This document shows, piece by piece, positions 49,264-59,108 of a stretch of 64,000 nucleotides of DNA. The notes under the pieces were generated by a model. That model was not told the origin of the DNA, searched no databases, and worked only from the letters and a program-made list of their open reading frames with translations. The stretch is taken from the NCBI GenBank assembly GCA_965222375.1, contig CBDCTZ010000016.1, forward strand, positions 768,001 through 832,000. The letters run 5' to 3'. Source of the DNA: Polyangiaceae bacterium (GTDB lineage Bacteria > Myxococcota_A > Polyangia > Polyangiales > Polyangiaceae). Positions within the stretch are counted from its first letter, which is position 1. Every line of letters starts with the position of its first letter. The translations under genes and the position numbers were made by a program.

Positions 49264-49865
49264 TGGCCAAGAAGGCCAATCCAGTCGAGGCAGCGCGCAA
49301 GACCCTGTTGGAAGGGGTCGGCAAAGAGGTGGCAGCCTCTTTCCCGGGGATCACCCGCCTCGGCGGGCAGATCGTCGCGGCACTGTATCTTGCCGACGAG
49401 CCCCGAAGCATGGACGAACTGGTCGAGGAGCTAGGACGATCCAAGAGCAATATCTTCACTAACCTCAGGGCTCTGGAGACCGCCGAGATCGTGAACCGGA
49501 CCCGCGAACCAGGCGCGAGGCATGACCGCTTCGTCCTGCGCGGCGCCTACCCTGATGTGATCATAGGTGCCTACATCACGCGACTGCGCCGAGTGGTCGT
49601 GGACAAGCGAGCCCTCGTCGCTCGTAGCTTGGCGCTGCTCGGCGATGCCAAAGGTCCAGAGGCAGATCGGATCCGCGGCCTGCTGAACGACCTTGGCCGC
49701 AAGTACGGCCTTTTCGGCGAGATCTTCGACACGCTGCTACCCGGCGGAGAGGGGCCCCTGGATCTCGAGGCCTTGCTGAACAAGGTGCCCAAGCAGCTTT
49801 TGGCGACCCTGGGGAATCTGGCCCGGGCCGCCGTGGACTTCAGCGGCAAGCTGCGACCCCGCTGA
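49263..49865 (+). CDS. GbsR/MarR-type wHTH transcriptional regulator
   Basis: SMDELVEELGRSKSNIFTNLRAL HTH; TGATG coupling to pcnB. Confidence 0.8.
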   Translation: MAKKANPVEAARKTLLEGVGKEVAASFPGITRLGGQIVAALYLADEPRSMDELVEELGRSKSNIFTNLRALETAEIVNRTREPGARHDRFVLRGAYPDVIIGAYITRLRRVVVDKRALVARSLALLGDAKGPEADRIRGLLNDLGRKYGLFGEIFDTLLPGGEGPLDLEALLNKVPKQLLATLGNLARAAVDFSGKLRPR

Positions 49866-49868
49866 GGG

Positions 49869-50975
49869 TCAGTTGGTCAGTTCCACCCGAAGCAGTTTCT
49901 TGCCGAGAAACAGGTAGTCGCCCTGGGCGAGTTCTCGATCTGCCTTAATGCGCACGTAGGTGCCGTTGCGACTGTCGTGGTCCGTGAGGGTGAATTTCCC
50001 GTCGTTTTCCTCGACGGAACAGTGTTTCGCAGACATGTACACATCGCCCGGGAAGTTGAGATCTCCATCCTCACGCCCGATGCGCAGGGAGTTTTCGCGA
50101 GCGCACACGGTCATGCCTAGAGCCCCGGCTTCCAGTACTTGGTGGACCCTGAAAGCACTGGGGTACTTCGGAGACGAGTAGAACATCGTGCCCTCGGAGT
50201 CCGCGCCGTCACTTGCCTTGGGCGTCGGATCCAGGCGGAACAACTGCTCACCCGCGATGAACGAGTCGCCTGGCGCGATCTCCACGCCTCCACGGATGCG
50301 GATGTACACGCCATTGAGGGAGCCCTCGTCTCGCACGACCAGCTTGCCGCTGCGATACAGGAAGTTCGCGTGTTTCGGCGAGATGAAAGCGTCGTCTCCA
50401 AAGCCGTCCAAGTCGCCGTCTTTGCCGATGATGTGCTGCTCCGCATTCAAGTGAAAGCTCACGCCTTCCATGTCCTGAGCGCGAATCAATACCAGCCGAG
50501 CCTTCGCGGGGTCCTGCAGGTCGCTGAAGAACTTGGTCTGCAGATGAAGAATGTACTCGGGAACTGGCGTGCCGCAGCGCCCGCAAAACTTGTGTCCACT
50601 CGGGACCGGCGTCATGCACGACTCGCAAACATAGTTCCTGGCTTGTTCCATCATCTCCTCCTCGCTGAGCCCGGGCGGGCCCAGGACGGGTCGCTCCGCG
50701 GGGACCGTTCCCCGGGAGACTCGATCAATTTGCGACGCTTGGGAACGCCCCGTTTCACCGGAAGCGGCTGAAACGGGTGGTTTTTTGGCGTCTGGGTCGT
50801 ACGCAATGGTCTGTTCTTCGGGATTCGGCAGAGGCGCGGCGGCTGGAACACTGAGTTTTGGCCCGCCACCGAGGGCAAGGGTGCGACCGCACCGGGGGCA
50901 GGCGTCCTTGCCCATTGGGCAGTAGCCGTCGCACCCACCGCAGACGATCCCGAGCTCCAGCGCCGCCTCGACCAT
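49869..50975 (-). CDS. Zinc-ribbon + tandem FHA domain protein
   Basis: Two CxxC...CxxCG ribbons; IGK...SPKHA...SLNG and IGR...SAKHC...SRNGT. Confidence 0.88.
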   Translation of the reverse strand: MVEAALELGIVCGGCDGYCPMGKDACPRCGRTLALGGGPKLSVPAAAPLPNPEEQTIAYDPDAKKPPVSAASGETGRSQASQIDRVSRGTVPAERPVLGPPGLSEEEMMEQARNYVCESCMTPVPSGHKFCGRCGTPVPEYILHLQTKFFSDLQDPAKARLVLIRAQDMEGVSFHLNAEQHIIGKDGDLDGFGDDAFISPKHANFLYRSGKLVVRDEGSLNGVYIRIRGGVEIAPGDSFIAGEQLFRLDPTPKASDGADSEGTMFYSSPKYPSAFRVHQVLEAGALGMTVCARENSLRIGREDGDLNFPGDVYMSAKHCSVEENDGKFTLTDHDSRNGTYVRIKADRELAQGDYLFLGKKLLRVELTN

Positions 50976-51034
50976 GCCGAGCCGAAACGCTACACCGAGC
51001 GGGAAGAAATGGCGACGATTCTGGGTGCCTTCAG

Positions 51035-51679
51035 CTACCGAATGAACACCAACCGGCTTTCCACCTCGAAGAAGCCCTCGGCACTCACCAATCGGAAAAC
51101 TACGGTTTCCGTGCAGGTGTCGACGTCCACTTGGCCGAAGTCTCGGGAGTCATAGGGCAGCAGGCGATTGTCGCTGAGCAGAAACACTTTGCCGCTTTCT
51201 ACCCGGGTATTGACCGCGCGCGGCATCATTTTGTGGCCGCCAGTGCCCCCCCGCTTGTGCAGATGCCCCGCAAGACCCTCCATGGAACAGCCCTGCTCGA
51301 TTTCCGACCCCGTTGTGGGGTGCAGCACCGAGAACCTCGGATACTTGCACGCCTCTTCAGTATGGGCCGACCTGCCGTTGATGCTCAGTTTCTGAGCCTC
51401 GACCTCCACCTTGTCGCCAGCTTCGGCGATGATTCTCCCAACTACGACCCGTTCCGGAGCGTCGGGCTCCGGGCACACAACCAGGTCGCCGAACTTCGGT
51501 TTGGTCAGCCGCCACAGGATCACCAGGTCCCCGCCTCGCAAGGTCGGTGCGATGGCCGCCTCGAGAAACGGATCGTCGGCGGGCACACGCCACCAACGAA
51601 TTGCGGTGGCTCGAGCGACACCGACGATGACGCCAACGATGATTGCCGTCCAGGCCAGGAAGCGCATTAGCTTTCGCAT
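51035..51679 (-). CDS. Signal peptidase I (S26)-like protein lacking catalytic residues
   Basis: N-terminal TM; AIAPTLRGGD, GRIIAEAGD, LLSDNR...DSRDFG. Confidence 0.8.
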   Translation of the reverse strand: MRKLMRFLAWTAIIVGVIVGVARATAIRWWRVPADDPFLEAAIAPTLRGGDLVILWRLTKPKFGDLVVCPEPDAPERVVVGRIIAEAGDKVEVEAQKLSINGRSAHTEEACKYPRFSVLHPTTGSEIEQGCSMEGLAGHLHKRGGTGGHKMMPRAVNTRVESGKVFLLSDNRLLPYDSRDFGQVDVDTCTETVVFRLVSAEGFFEVESRLVFIR

Positions 51680-51747
51680 GGAGGATTCCAGCCCAGCCTA
51701 GCCCAGCTGGCTCCTCGGGGCATCTTCGCTGCACGCGGCAGCTGAGA

Positions 51748-52614
51748 TCAGGGCGCTGGACAACCGCCGACGGGTGGGATCTCGGCCGGGCTGGCCCCGT
51801 CTGAGATCAGCTTTGCCGTCGCGAAAACGGGGCGCCAGCGGTCGAGGCGGGTGAACTCTGCTCGACCCAACGTGTGCTCGCTTCCGTCCATCGCAGCTCG
51901 GGAAATGACGCCGACGACTTCCGTCCCCTCGGCGTTCATCGCTGGGCCACCCGAGTCTCCGGGGCAAATCGAGGCGGTCAGCCGGAACCGACTGTCCAGG
52001 ATGTCCTTTACCCGCCCACCAACTCTCTGTTTGCGGCGTATGGCGTCCGCGTTCATGGCGCAGCGCCCGAAGCCAACCGGCTCGATGGCCTCGCCGCTGC
52101 GGGGCTCGTTGTCCAGGCGCGGCGTGACGGTGGCGACTCCAATCAGCCTCCGCTCGAGCACCAAGACGGCAATGTCACCGACGCCTGCGGCGTGGCCACA
52201 AGGAGGGGCTACGATGGCTTTGACCCCGACTTCGCCCCAGGCCAGGTCGTCGCCGCCCAGCTCGACCCGGACTGTCTTGGCCTCCACGTCGCGGTTGACG
52301 AACTCCCCGTAGCTGTTGCGCTCACTCACGCAGTGGTGTGCGGTCAGAACTTGATCCTCGCTGATCAGGGTTCCGGAACAGGTGACCTTCCCGGCAACGA
52401 TGCGCACGACGTAGTCGTCGTCTCGGGCCAGCGCGAACGGGATCACGGGTGTCGTTCGGCCACCGTTTTGAGCCAACGACGCCGGTGAGGTCGGGGGGTC
52501 GTTTTTGGCGTTCACGCGAAACGGCTTCAGGCCCGCACAAGCCGTGGACAGACCTGCAGCTACAGCAATCGCCGCAGGGATCAGCCGCGCTCGCGTCCCC
52601 AACGCTCTTCTCAT
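51748..52614 (-). CDS. Trypsin-like (S1) serine protease lipoprotein
   Basis: STAC lipobox; LTAHHC, DIAVL, GDSGGP. Confidence 0.9.
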   Translation of the reverse strand: MRRALGTRARLIPAAIAVAAGLSTACAGLKPFRVNAKNDPPTSPASLAQNGGRTTPVIPFALARDDDYVVRIVAGKVTCSGTLISEDQVLTAHHCVSERNSYGEFVNRDVEAKTVRVELGGDDLAWGEVGVKAIVAPPCGHAAGVGDIAVLVLERRLIGVATVTPRLDNEPRSGEAIEPVGFGRCAMNADAIRRKQRVGGRVKDILDSRFRLTASICPGDSGGPAMNAEGTEVVGVISRAAMDGSEHTLGRAEFTRLDRWRPVFATAKLISDGASPAEIPPVGGCPAP

Positions 52615-53135
52615 CGATCCGATTGCTCCAACGCGACTTCTCGAACTGCAAGGCGGTAGGCCACGAGCGCGCGATTGGGCTCGGTGAGATGATCTTCCAC
52701 TCCAAGTCGGACCATTTGCGACAGCACGTGCATGCGACGCTGGCCCTTCGCCACGAGGACACGCGGGCAGCCTTGCTCCGCGCAGGCTTGAAGCGCTTTG
52801 CGCTGTGCTCCCAAAGCGACGCTGGCATTTCCCAATTCGGTCAGCGCTCGAGCCCGAGCGTCGGCTACGGCCCCCCGCTCCTTGAGCTGACTCGGCGCAC
52901 GCTCGAGGGTGGCAGCTGCCAACCCCGGAGCACCCCGGCTGAGGTATTCATCGGTCAGCTGCACCAGGGCTTCTTGGTCGCCCGGAGCGTGGCTGACGCG
53001 AGCCTCCAGGGCATCGAGGTCTGGACCCAGCCCGGCGCCGGCCAAGGCGGGGGCCGGAGGCGTCGTACCCGTGGCTGACAGCCACGTCGCCCCCGCTGTC
53101 AGCAGGGCCGCCGCCATCCAAGTCAGATCTCGCAT
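52611..53135 (-). CDS. Hypothetical TPR-like exported protein
   Basis: Hydrophobic N-terminus; helical repeats; ATGA overlap with the protease gene. Confidence 0.6.
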   Translation of the reverse strand: MRDLTWMAAALLTAGATWLSATGTTPPAPALAGAGLGPDLDALEARVSHAPGDQEALVQLTDEYLSRGAPGLAAATLERAPSQLKERGAVADARARALTELGNASVALGAQRKALQACAEQGCPRVLVAKGQRRMHVLSQMVRLGVEDHLTEPNRALVAYRLAVREVALEQSDR

Positions 53136-53223
53136 CCCGAACAATCCAGTACTGACACCCGTGGTTGGGGAAAGTTCCCGCTTCCTGGCTTCGACCCGAG
53201 AAAACTCATCAGATTGGGTGATC

Positions 53224-54357
53224 TTACGCTTTTTTTGCGGGGACGCTCCCCCGGGCCGCCCCGGAAAGGGTGGCTAGGTCGTCCTTGTGGACCACAACGA
53301 GGTCCTTGGAGGTCGGACCGAAGCGTAGTTCTAGCTCCGGCCCTCGCTTTCCGGCGGCATGGGCCACGTCCAGGGAGCCAAGGCGCGTCAGGCCTCGGCC
53401 GACCTCCGCACCGTCAGGGCCGACCATGCGCACCGAGTCACCCGGGTTGAATTGACCCCGCAACCCCAAAACGCCTACGGGCAGCAAGCTGCTCTTGCCT
53501 GAACGGATGGCCGCTGCGGCGCCAGCATCTAGCAGTAACGTCCCCTTGGGACGCAGCGTGTGCAAAATCCAGTGCTTACGGGCTCGCATCACCTCGCCGA
53601 TGCGTGGGAATACCGTGCCGATATCCTGCCCCTCGACGATATCGATCAGCACGTTGGGGCGGAGTCCGTTGGCCACGACCACAGTCGCGCCAGCGAGGCA
53701 TGCCTTTTCTGCGGCGCTCAGCTTGCTGCTGATGCCTCCGCTGCCCACGCGCTGCCCGCTTCGCGGGGGGGGGCCGCCCACGGTCTGCTCTTCGCTCATC
53801 TCGCTGATCCGATCGCCCGCGCTATCGAGGACTCCGTCCACGTCCGTGAGCAACACCAGCAAGTCCGCCCCGACGAGAGGTGCGACCATCGCGGCCAGCT
53901 GGTCGTTGTCGCCAAACCGGATCTCGTCGGTGGCCACCGTGTCATTCTCGTTGACGATGGGGATCGCACCCGCGTCGAGAAGCGACGCGATGGCCCCCCG
54001 CGCGTTGTTCAGCCGCTCGCGATCAGCCAAGTCTGCATGTGTCAGTAGGATTTGGGCGGCGGTCAAGCCGTGACGGCGGAAGGCCTCGTCCCAGCGCCGC
54101 ATCAATTCGACCTGCCCGGCGCTTGCCGCAGCCTGGAGTCTGGTCATCTCCTGCGGGCGGCTCCGATAGTCGAGCCGTTGCAGGCCCAACGCGATTGCGC
54201 CGGAGCTCACGATCACCACGCGACGCTTGTCGTCTTCGATACTGGCGACCTGGTCGGCGATGCTCTGGGTCAGCGTTTCATCTTGGGCAAGTGCGCGTGA
54301 TCCGATCTTCACAATCAGCCGACGAGCCTGGGGCAGCGCAGCGCGGGTGTCGGCCAT
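53224..54357 (-). CDS. proB: Glutamate 5-kinase with PUA domain
   Basis: VKIGS, SSGAI, NENDTV, FGDND, SLLPVG. Confidence 0.95.
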   Translation of the reverse strand: MADTRAALPQARRLIVKIGSRALAQDETLTQSIADQVASIEDDKRRVVIVSSGAIALGLQRLDYRSRPQEMTRLQAAASAGQVELMRRWDEAFRRHGLTAAQILLTHADLADRERLNNARGAIASLLDAGAIPIVNENDTVATDEIRFGDNDQLAAMVAPLVGADLLVLLTDVDGVLDSAGDRISEMSEEQTVGGPPPRSGQRVGSGGISSKLSAAEKACLAGATVVVANGLRPNVLIDIVEGQDIGTVFPRIGEVMRARKHWILHTLRPKGTLLLDAGAAAAIRSGKSSLLPVGVLGLRGQFNPGDSVRMVGPDGAEVGRGLTRLGSLDVAHAAGKRGPELELRFGPTSKDLVVVHKDDLATLSGAARGSVPAKKA

Positions 54358-54416
54358 GTCAGCTCGAAGAATCCGCCGGCCTTGGAACGCGTGTCAAGGA
54401 CGCACCACGCGGGGCA

Positions 54417-55319
54417 TCAGGACTCGGCGCCGCCGCGTCCCGATGGCAGGAGTTCGAGTACGGGAGCGTCCGCACTCAGGGCCGCGCGCACCAAACGCTC
54501 CGCGAGATCCGCCTCGCCGCCTTCGGCGAACAGCATGCTCGTGCCCGTATCGCTCAACTGCGGGCTGTCCGGTCGGACGACGATGCCCGCTTCGCCGAGC
54601 CTGGCAGCGAAGGCGGCACCGTTGCGGGCTACGGTAACGGCGATGCCCGAGGCGCGATTCAGCAGTTTCGACGGTGGCCCCGAATGCAGAGCTCCGCCCT
54701 GCAGCAGTACTGCACTGTCGGCGCGCTGCAGCGCGGCACGCTCGCCCCCGGTTTGGGGAACACCGGCGGCTGTGAGGATCAAGTGCTTGCCCTGGACGGC
54801 ATGACGCAGCCGTGCGTCGAAGTCGTTCTGGCTAGCGGCATCTAGTCCGGCAAAGGGCTCCTGCAATAGCAGCGTTGCGGGGTCCGAGAGCAGCGCTTGC
54901 GCCAGCAGTGCAAGGCGAGTCTCGACCAACGTCAATGTCTCGAAGCGCCGGCTCCCGAGGTGGGGCAGTGAAAGTCGCTGCAGCGTCGCCACAGCCAGCT
55001 CCTTCGCCGAACGGGACGACAGCCCAAGAAGGTGACCACCTTCTTGTAGATACACGCTCACTGTCCAACCCCGTGGCAGCACGACGTCGGAGGTGAGCAA
55101 GCCGACGCTGCCTGCCTGCACGGCTGTGCGCGCAGGCTGCCCCAAGATGAGCGCAGCGCCCGACGCAAGCTGCGCCCTACCGGACAGCATCCTGCACAGC
55201 GGAGCAAAGTCACCGATCAGCGCGAGGGAGGTGTCGCCGGCGGCCACGGTCCAGCCGGCGCAGAGCACCTGTCCGCTCGGGTCGTCGACGCGCAGCTTGT
55301 CGAGGCTGAGCAGCGTCAC
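54417..55319 (-). CDS. Degenerate ABC-ATPase-like protein
   Basis: LAQALLSDPATLLLQEPFAGLD resembles Walker B/D-loop; no Walker A. Confidence 0.65.
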   Translation of the reverse strand: MTLLSLDKLRVDDPSGQVLCAGWTVAAGDTSLALIGDFAPLCRMLSGRAQLASGAALILGQPARTAVQAGSVGLLTSDVVLPRGWTVSVYLQEGGHLLGLSSRSAKELAVATLQRLSLPHLGSRRFETLTLVETRLALLAQALLSDPATLLLQEPFAGLDAASQNDFDARLRHAVQGKHLILTAAGVPQTGGERAALQRADSAVLLQGGALHSGPPSKLLNRASGIAVTVARNGAAFAARLGEAGIVVRPDSPQLSDTGTSMLFAEGGEADLAERLVRAALSADAPVLELLPSGRGGAES

Positions 55320-57826
55320 GGCGTTACGGTCACCAGTTCCATGCGCGCTAGCGCCTTGTCGGGCGCGTAGATCATGAAGGGCGCTACCGCACGTGCGGTT
55401 TCGAGGAGCGCTCTTGGGAGCGTGGCCTTGGCGATCACCGAATTGTTCACACCTTCGATGCCCAACAGCCTACCGATGAGAGACGTGTCGGGGGGCGGTA
55501 GCTCGATGATCGGTGCGTAGTCCGGCATGCCCGCAGACTTGCGCGCGTAAGCCAAAGCTTGCCGGAGCCCACCCAGCTCGTCCACCAAGCCTTTGTCCTT
55601 GGCCTGCTCACCGGTCCAGACGCGGCCCTGGCCGACGGCGTCCACTTTGGATTTGGGCATCTTGCGCCCCTGAGCGACTCGGGACAGGAACACGTCGTAG
55701 AACTGCCCGACCTTGCGTTTGAGTTCCTTCCTCTCCTCGTCGGAAAAAGGTCGGTACAAGGACTCGGCGTCTGCCCGGGGCGCGGTCTTGTAGGTCTCCA
55801 CGCTCACGCCGATCTTCTTGAGCAGACCTGCAACGTCCGCCTTGCCGTAGAAGATCCCGATGCTGCCGGTGATGCTCAAGCCGTTCGCGAAGATCCGAGT
55901 TGCGGGCGACGCAATGTAGTAGCCACCGCTGGCGGCAGAAGCGCCCATGCTCACCACCACGGGCTTCACTTTGGTCGTCAGCTGCACTTGCCGCCAGATG
56001 ACGTCCGAGGCCATGGCCGAGCCACCGCCGGTTTCCACCCGCAGCACCACGGCACCGACCCGCGGGTCCTCGCGCACCTGCTTCAAAGTGTCCGCGATGG
56101 TGTAGGAGCCCACCAGTTTCATTCCCAACAGCGGAATGGTCTGGCTTCGGCCATCCACCATGTCCCCGTCGACGTAGACCAGCGCCACGCGCTTGCCCTG
56201 GGTGAACCGCTCAGGTGCTCGGTTGGCGCGTTTGTCTTCGATCAGGATCGTGTCGCGACCGGTGAGCTTGTTGACGGCTTCCTCCAGCTCGTCGTCGAAG
56301 GCGTAACCGTCGACCAAGCCCGCGGTCTTGGCTTCGCTTGCAATGAATGGCCCCTTGGCGATTCGCTTGCGCAGTTCCGCGTATCCGATCTTCCTGCCGG
56401 TGCCGACGCCTTCCACGAACTGACGCTCGTGTTGCTGCAAGAGGTCGATGGAGTCGGCGCGCGCTGTCTCCGACGCGCCGTCACGGGTGAGGCGCTCTGG
56501 CGCGCTCTTGTGGGCTCCGATTCGAACGAAGTCGGCCTTTACTCCGACTTTGTCGAGCAGCGACTTGAAGTACATGCGCTGCGTTTTCAGTCCGGCGAAG
56601 CGCAGCCCGCCGGCTGGGTTGATCAAGATCTTGTTGGCGGCAGCGCACAGATACAGCTCAGCACCTCCAGCGTCCTCCAGGTGGCACAGCACGCGCTTGC
56701 CGTTCTTGCGCAGGTGATGGACCGCGTCACGAAGTTCTTGGATGTGCGCCAGGGACCGCGCCGGCGAGGTGCGCAGCTCGAGCACCACCGCGTCGATGGA
56801 GGGTTCCTCGGCGATGTCCCAGAGCCTGAGCAACTGGGCGACCTGGCCGCGCGCGCCGGACGTGTCTTCCACGCGGAGCCTAAGCGCGTAGCGAGGCACC
56901 TCGGGCCCCGTCGGCTCTCGGAAGCTCCTAGCGGGCGCGATGTCCAGATGCACGCCGAAAGAATCATCTCGTCCCAAGCCATTGCCCGTGACTGCACCGC
57001 CGCCGAGGGACGCGGAGCCAGCGGCGCCATTGAAATGCAGATCCAAACCCGCGCTCGCTATCCAGGCTCGCTTTTCGTCGTCCTCGAAGCGACTGACGCT
57101 GAAATCGCCCCGTAATCTTCCGATTGGGCCGATGTCGATACCAAGAGTCGCTCGGGGCACCCAGAAGCCGTCCCGCGGGCGATCCACGTACTTGCCCTCG
57201 AGCCCGATCTCCAAAGCGCGCGTGCCCAGGGGGCGCACCGCCATCGCCAGATCGTAGCTTCGCTCCAGAGCGAAGAGGCCATTGGTGGGACCATTGACGT
57301 CGTGGGCGACGAGGGAGATCCCCAGCACGTCCAGGGGACGCGACGAGTAGCCCACGGAGAAGGATGAGAGTTGATCGACAAAGGGCGCGTCCGAATAGGA
57401 ACGTTGGACCGACACTCCGATCGCCGTTGTTTCCGAGCCCGCCGCCAGGCCCCAGGTCAGCCACTGATAGTTGAACGGGCCGAAGCCGTTGACCACGGAT
57501 GCCGCGGGCGGATCCACCAGATCCAGTCGGATACCGGTTGCAAGCGGCAGAATGGGAATAGGGAAAGCAAGACCCACAGCGTGCCCCTGCCACGGTACGG
57601 TATTGGTCTCGTCCAAGTAGATGCTGCTCCAGCGAAACTCCGCGCCGGGCATGAACACGAGGTTCGCTGGGTTCTGGACCAAGGCGGTGCTGTCATCGGT
57701 GCCAGCGATGCTTCTGCCCAGAGTTGGCAATCGTGTGGGTCGCGCTTCAATTTGTTGCGCGGTTGCGCCTTGCGCCGAGCACAGAGCGACCAGAGCGGCC
57801 AACGCGGCGTCGAGCCTGCGCTTCAT
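55316..57826 (-). CDS. sppA: Signal peptide peptidase SppA (tandem S49) fused to an N-terminal beta-barrel-like domain
   Basis: GAHKSAPE, GGGSAMASD, SMGASAASGGYY, TGSIG, GRVWTG; about 300-aa beta-rich N-terminal domain after a signal peptide. Confidence 0.85.
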   Translation of the reverse strand: MKRRLDAALAALVALCSAQGATAQQIEARPTRLPTLGRSIAGTDDSTALVQNPANLVFMPGAEFRWSSIYLDETNTVPWQGHAVGLAFPIPILPLATGIRLDLVDPPAASVVNGFGPFNYQWLTWGLAAGSETTAIGVSVQRSYSDAPFVDQLSSFSVGYSSRPLDVLGISLVAHDVNGPTNGLFALERSYDLAMAVRPLGTRALEIGLEGKYVDRPRDGFWVPRATLGIDIGPIGRLRGDFSVSRFEDDEKRAWIASAGLDLHFNGAAGSASLGGGAVTGNGLGRDDSFGVHLDIAPARSFREPTGPEVPRYALRLRVEDTSGARGQVAQLLRLWDIAEEPSIDAVVLELRTSPARSLAHIQELRDAVHHLRKNGKRVLCHLEDAGGAELYLCAAANKILINPAGGLRFAGLKTQRMYFKSLLDKVGVKADFVRIGAHKSAPERLTRDGASETARADSIDLLQQHERQFVEGVGTGRKIGYAELRKRIAKGPFIASEAKTAGLVDGYAFDDELEEAVNKLTGRDTILIEDKRANRAPERFTQGKRVALVYVDGDMVDGRSQTIPLLGMKLVGSYTIADTLKQVREDPRVGAVVLRVETGGGSAMASDVIWRQVQLTTKVKPVVVSMGASAASGGYYIASPATRIFANGLSITGSIGIFYGKADVAGLLKKIGVSVETYKTAPRADAESLYRPFSDEERKELKRKVGQFYDVFLSRVAQGRKMPKSKVDAVGQGRVWTGEQAKDKGLVDELGGLRQALAYARKSAGMPDYAPIIELPPPDTSLIGRLLGIEGVNNSVIAKATLPRALLETARAVAPFMIYAPDKALARMELVTVTP

Positions 57827-58950
57827 CAAAGCACCCCTCGCGTTCGCGCGATGGTCTCGATTTCGCCCTGCCGGGCTTTCAGTTCGTCGTAGTCCTTGAC
57901 CGGCAAGAATCGAGATTCGGCGCCGTTGCGGGGCACGTGAATGAAGCGCGTGTCCAGGAAGCTCGTGATCTCGCCCAGCAGCCGTTCGAATTGGATGACT
58001 TTAGCTTCTCCCACTTTCTTTTCGACGACGAAGTAGGTCCAATCAGCATCGAGTTCCAGTACCGCTCGGGCGTCCAGAACGAAGGTGTTGGTGTTGAATA
58101 CGCGCACGGTCTGAGGGTCAAAGCTCTCAGGCAGGCGGAACTCCTCAAGGACCACCCGGCGTCCGTCCAGGCGCACGGGAATGCCACCGCGATCGCTGCC
58201 CACCTTGTCCACGACCTCGCAGCTCACCGGAGCGCCGTGCTCCAGATGCAAACCGATCAATGCGGGGTCGACACTTGCGCCGAGGTTGTCCAAGTTTGCG
58301 ACCACGAGGTAGCGGCCGCCGGAGTCCACGAAGCGCGACAACAAGCCGCTCGCGCGCAGGGCGTCTGGCAAGTCGCCATGGCCGAAAGCCTGCACGCTGG
58401 GCGCGCCCGCGTCGTCGACGAACAAGTCTCCGTCGGGGCGCAGGCGCAACGAAACGAATTGAGGGAACGTCGCGACTGCATCCCCGCCCAGGCGATCGCC
58501 CAGGGCAGCGCGAGTCTTGTCTTCGGTGGCTGCGCTCGTCATCAGCCAAAAGGGCAGCCGATCGCCGCCCTGTTTCGACATCGTTTCGACTTCGGCCAAA
58601 CGCAGGTCCAAGAACGTTCTATCACCGAGTGCCGGCACCAGCGCTTTGACCACACCGCCCATGCGCGTCGCCATTCCACCCGCGAGGACGACCAGAGCGA
58701 CCTCCCCCCGTTTCAAGGCCTCCATGCCAGCGGCATGCAGCTTGTTCCAACGAGGAGAGCCCTTTTCCGGGCACTGCAGCACATCGCTGTCCTGGGGCGG
58801 CTCGACCTTGCCGCGAACACGGTTGTCGATAGGGGTGCTCGTCAGGCGGGCCGCGAGTTCTTCGAAGCGTTTCCGGTCGAATCGAAATCGATCCAGAAGG
58901 CTCCGAGTTTCTGTCGGCAAGTTGTCTAGCTTTGCGCTGAGGGCGCTCAT
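57826..58950 (-). CDS. UTP--sugar-1-phosphate uridylyltransferase (UDPGP/UAP family)
   Basis: LAGGMATRMG...K, GHGD, NLDNL, FNTN, QFE, FLPVK. Confidence 0.85.
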   Translation of the reverse strand: MSALSAKLDNLPTETRSLLDRFRFDRKRFEELAARLTSTPIDNRVRGKVEPPQDSDVLQCPEKGSPRWNKLHAAGMEALKRGEVALVVLAGGMATRMGGVVKALVPALGDRTFLDLRLAEVETMSKQGGDRLPFWLMTSAATEDKTRAALGDRLGGDAVATFPQFVSLRLRPDGDLFVDDAGAPSVQAFGHGDLPDALRASGLLSRFVDSGGRYLVVANLDNLGASVDPALIGLHLEHGAPVSCEVVDKVGSDRGGIPVRLDGRRVVLEEFRLPESFDPQTVRVFNTNTFVLDARAVLELDADWTYFVVEKKVGEAKVIQFERLLGEITSFLDTRFIHVPRNGAESRFLPVKDYDELKARQGEIETIARTRGVL

Positions 58951-59108
58951 GGCCGCTACCGTAGCAAAGTCCACGCAGGTTTCGCCGAACCAGGATCCCG
59001 CTGCCGCGTATCTGGCATGGCTGGCACAGTTCGATCTCTCCCCACCCCCGGGATTTCCCGTGTTTGCGAGGTTGTAGCTGCGGCATCGGCTTTGCTTTAC
59101 GACGAGCC

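Noticed and set aside
53765..53773. G9 run in proB as a contingency tract
   Set aside because: The frame is intact and encodes a Pro-rich loop; no evidence of switching.
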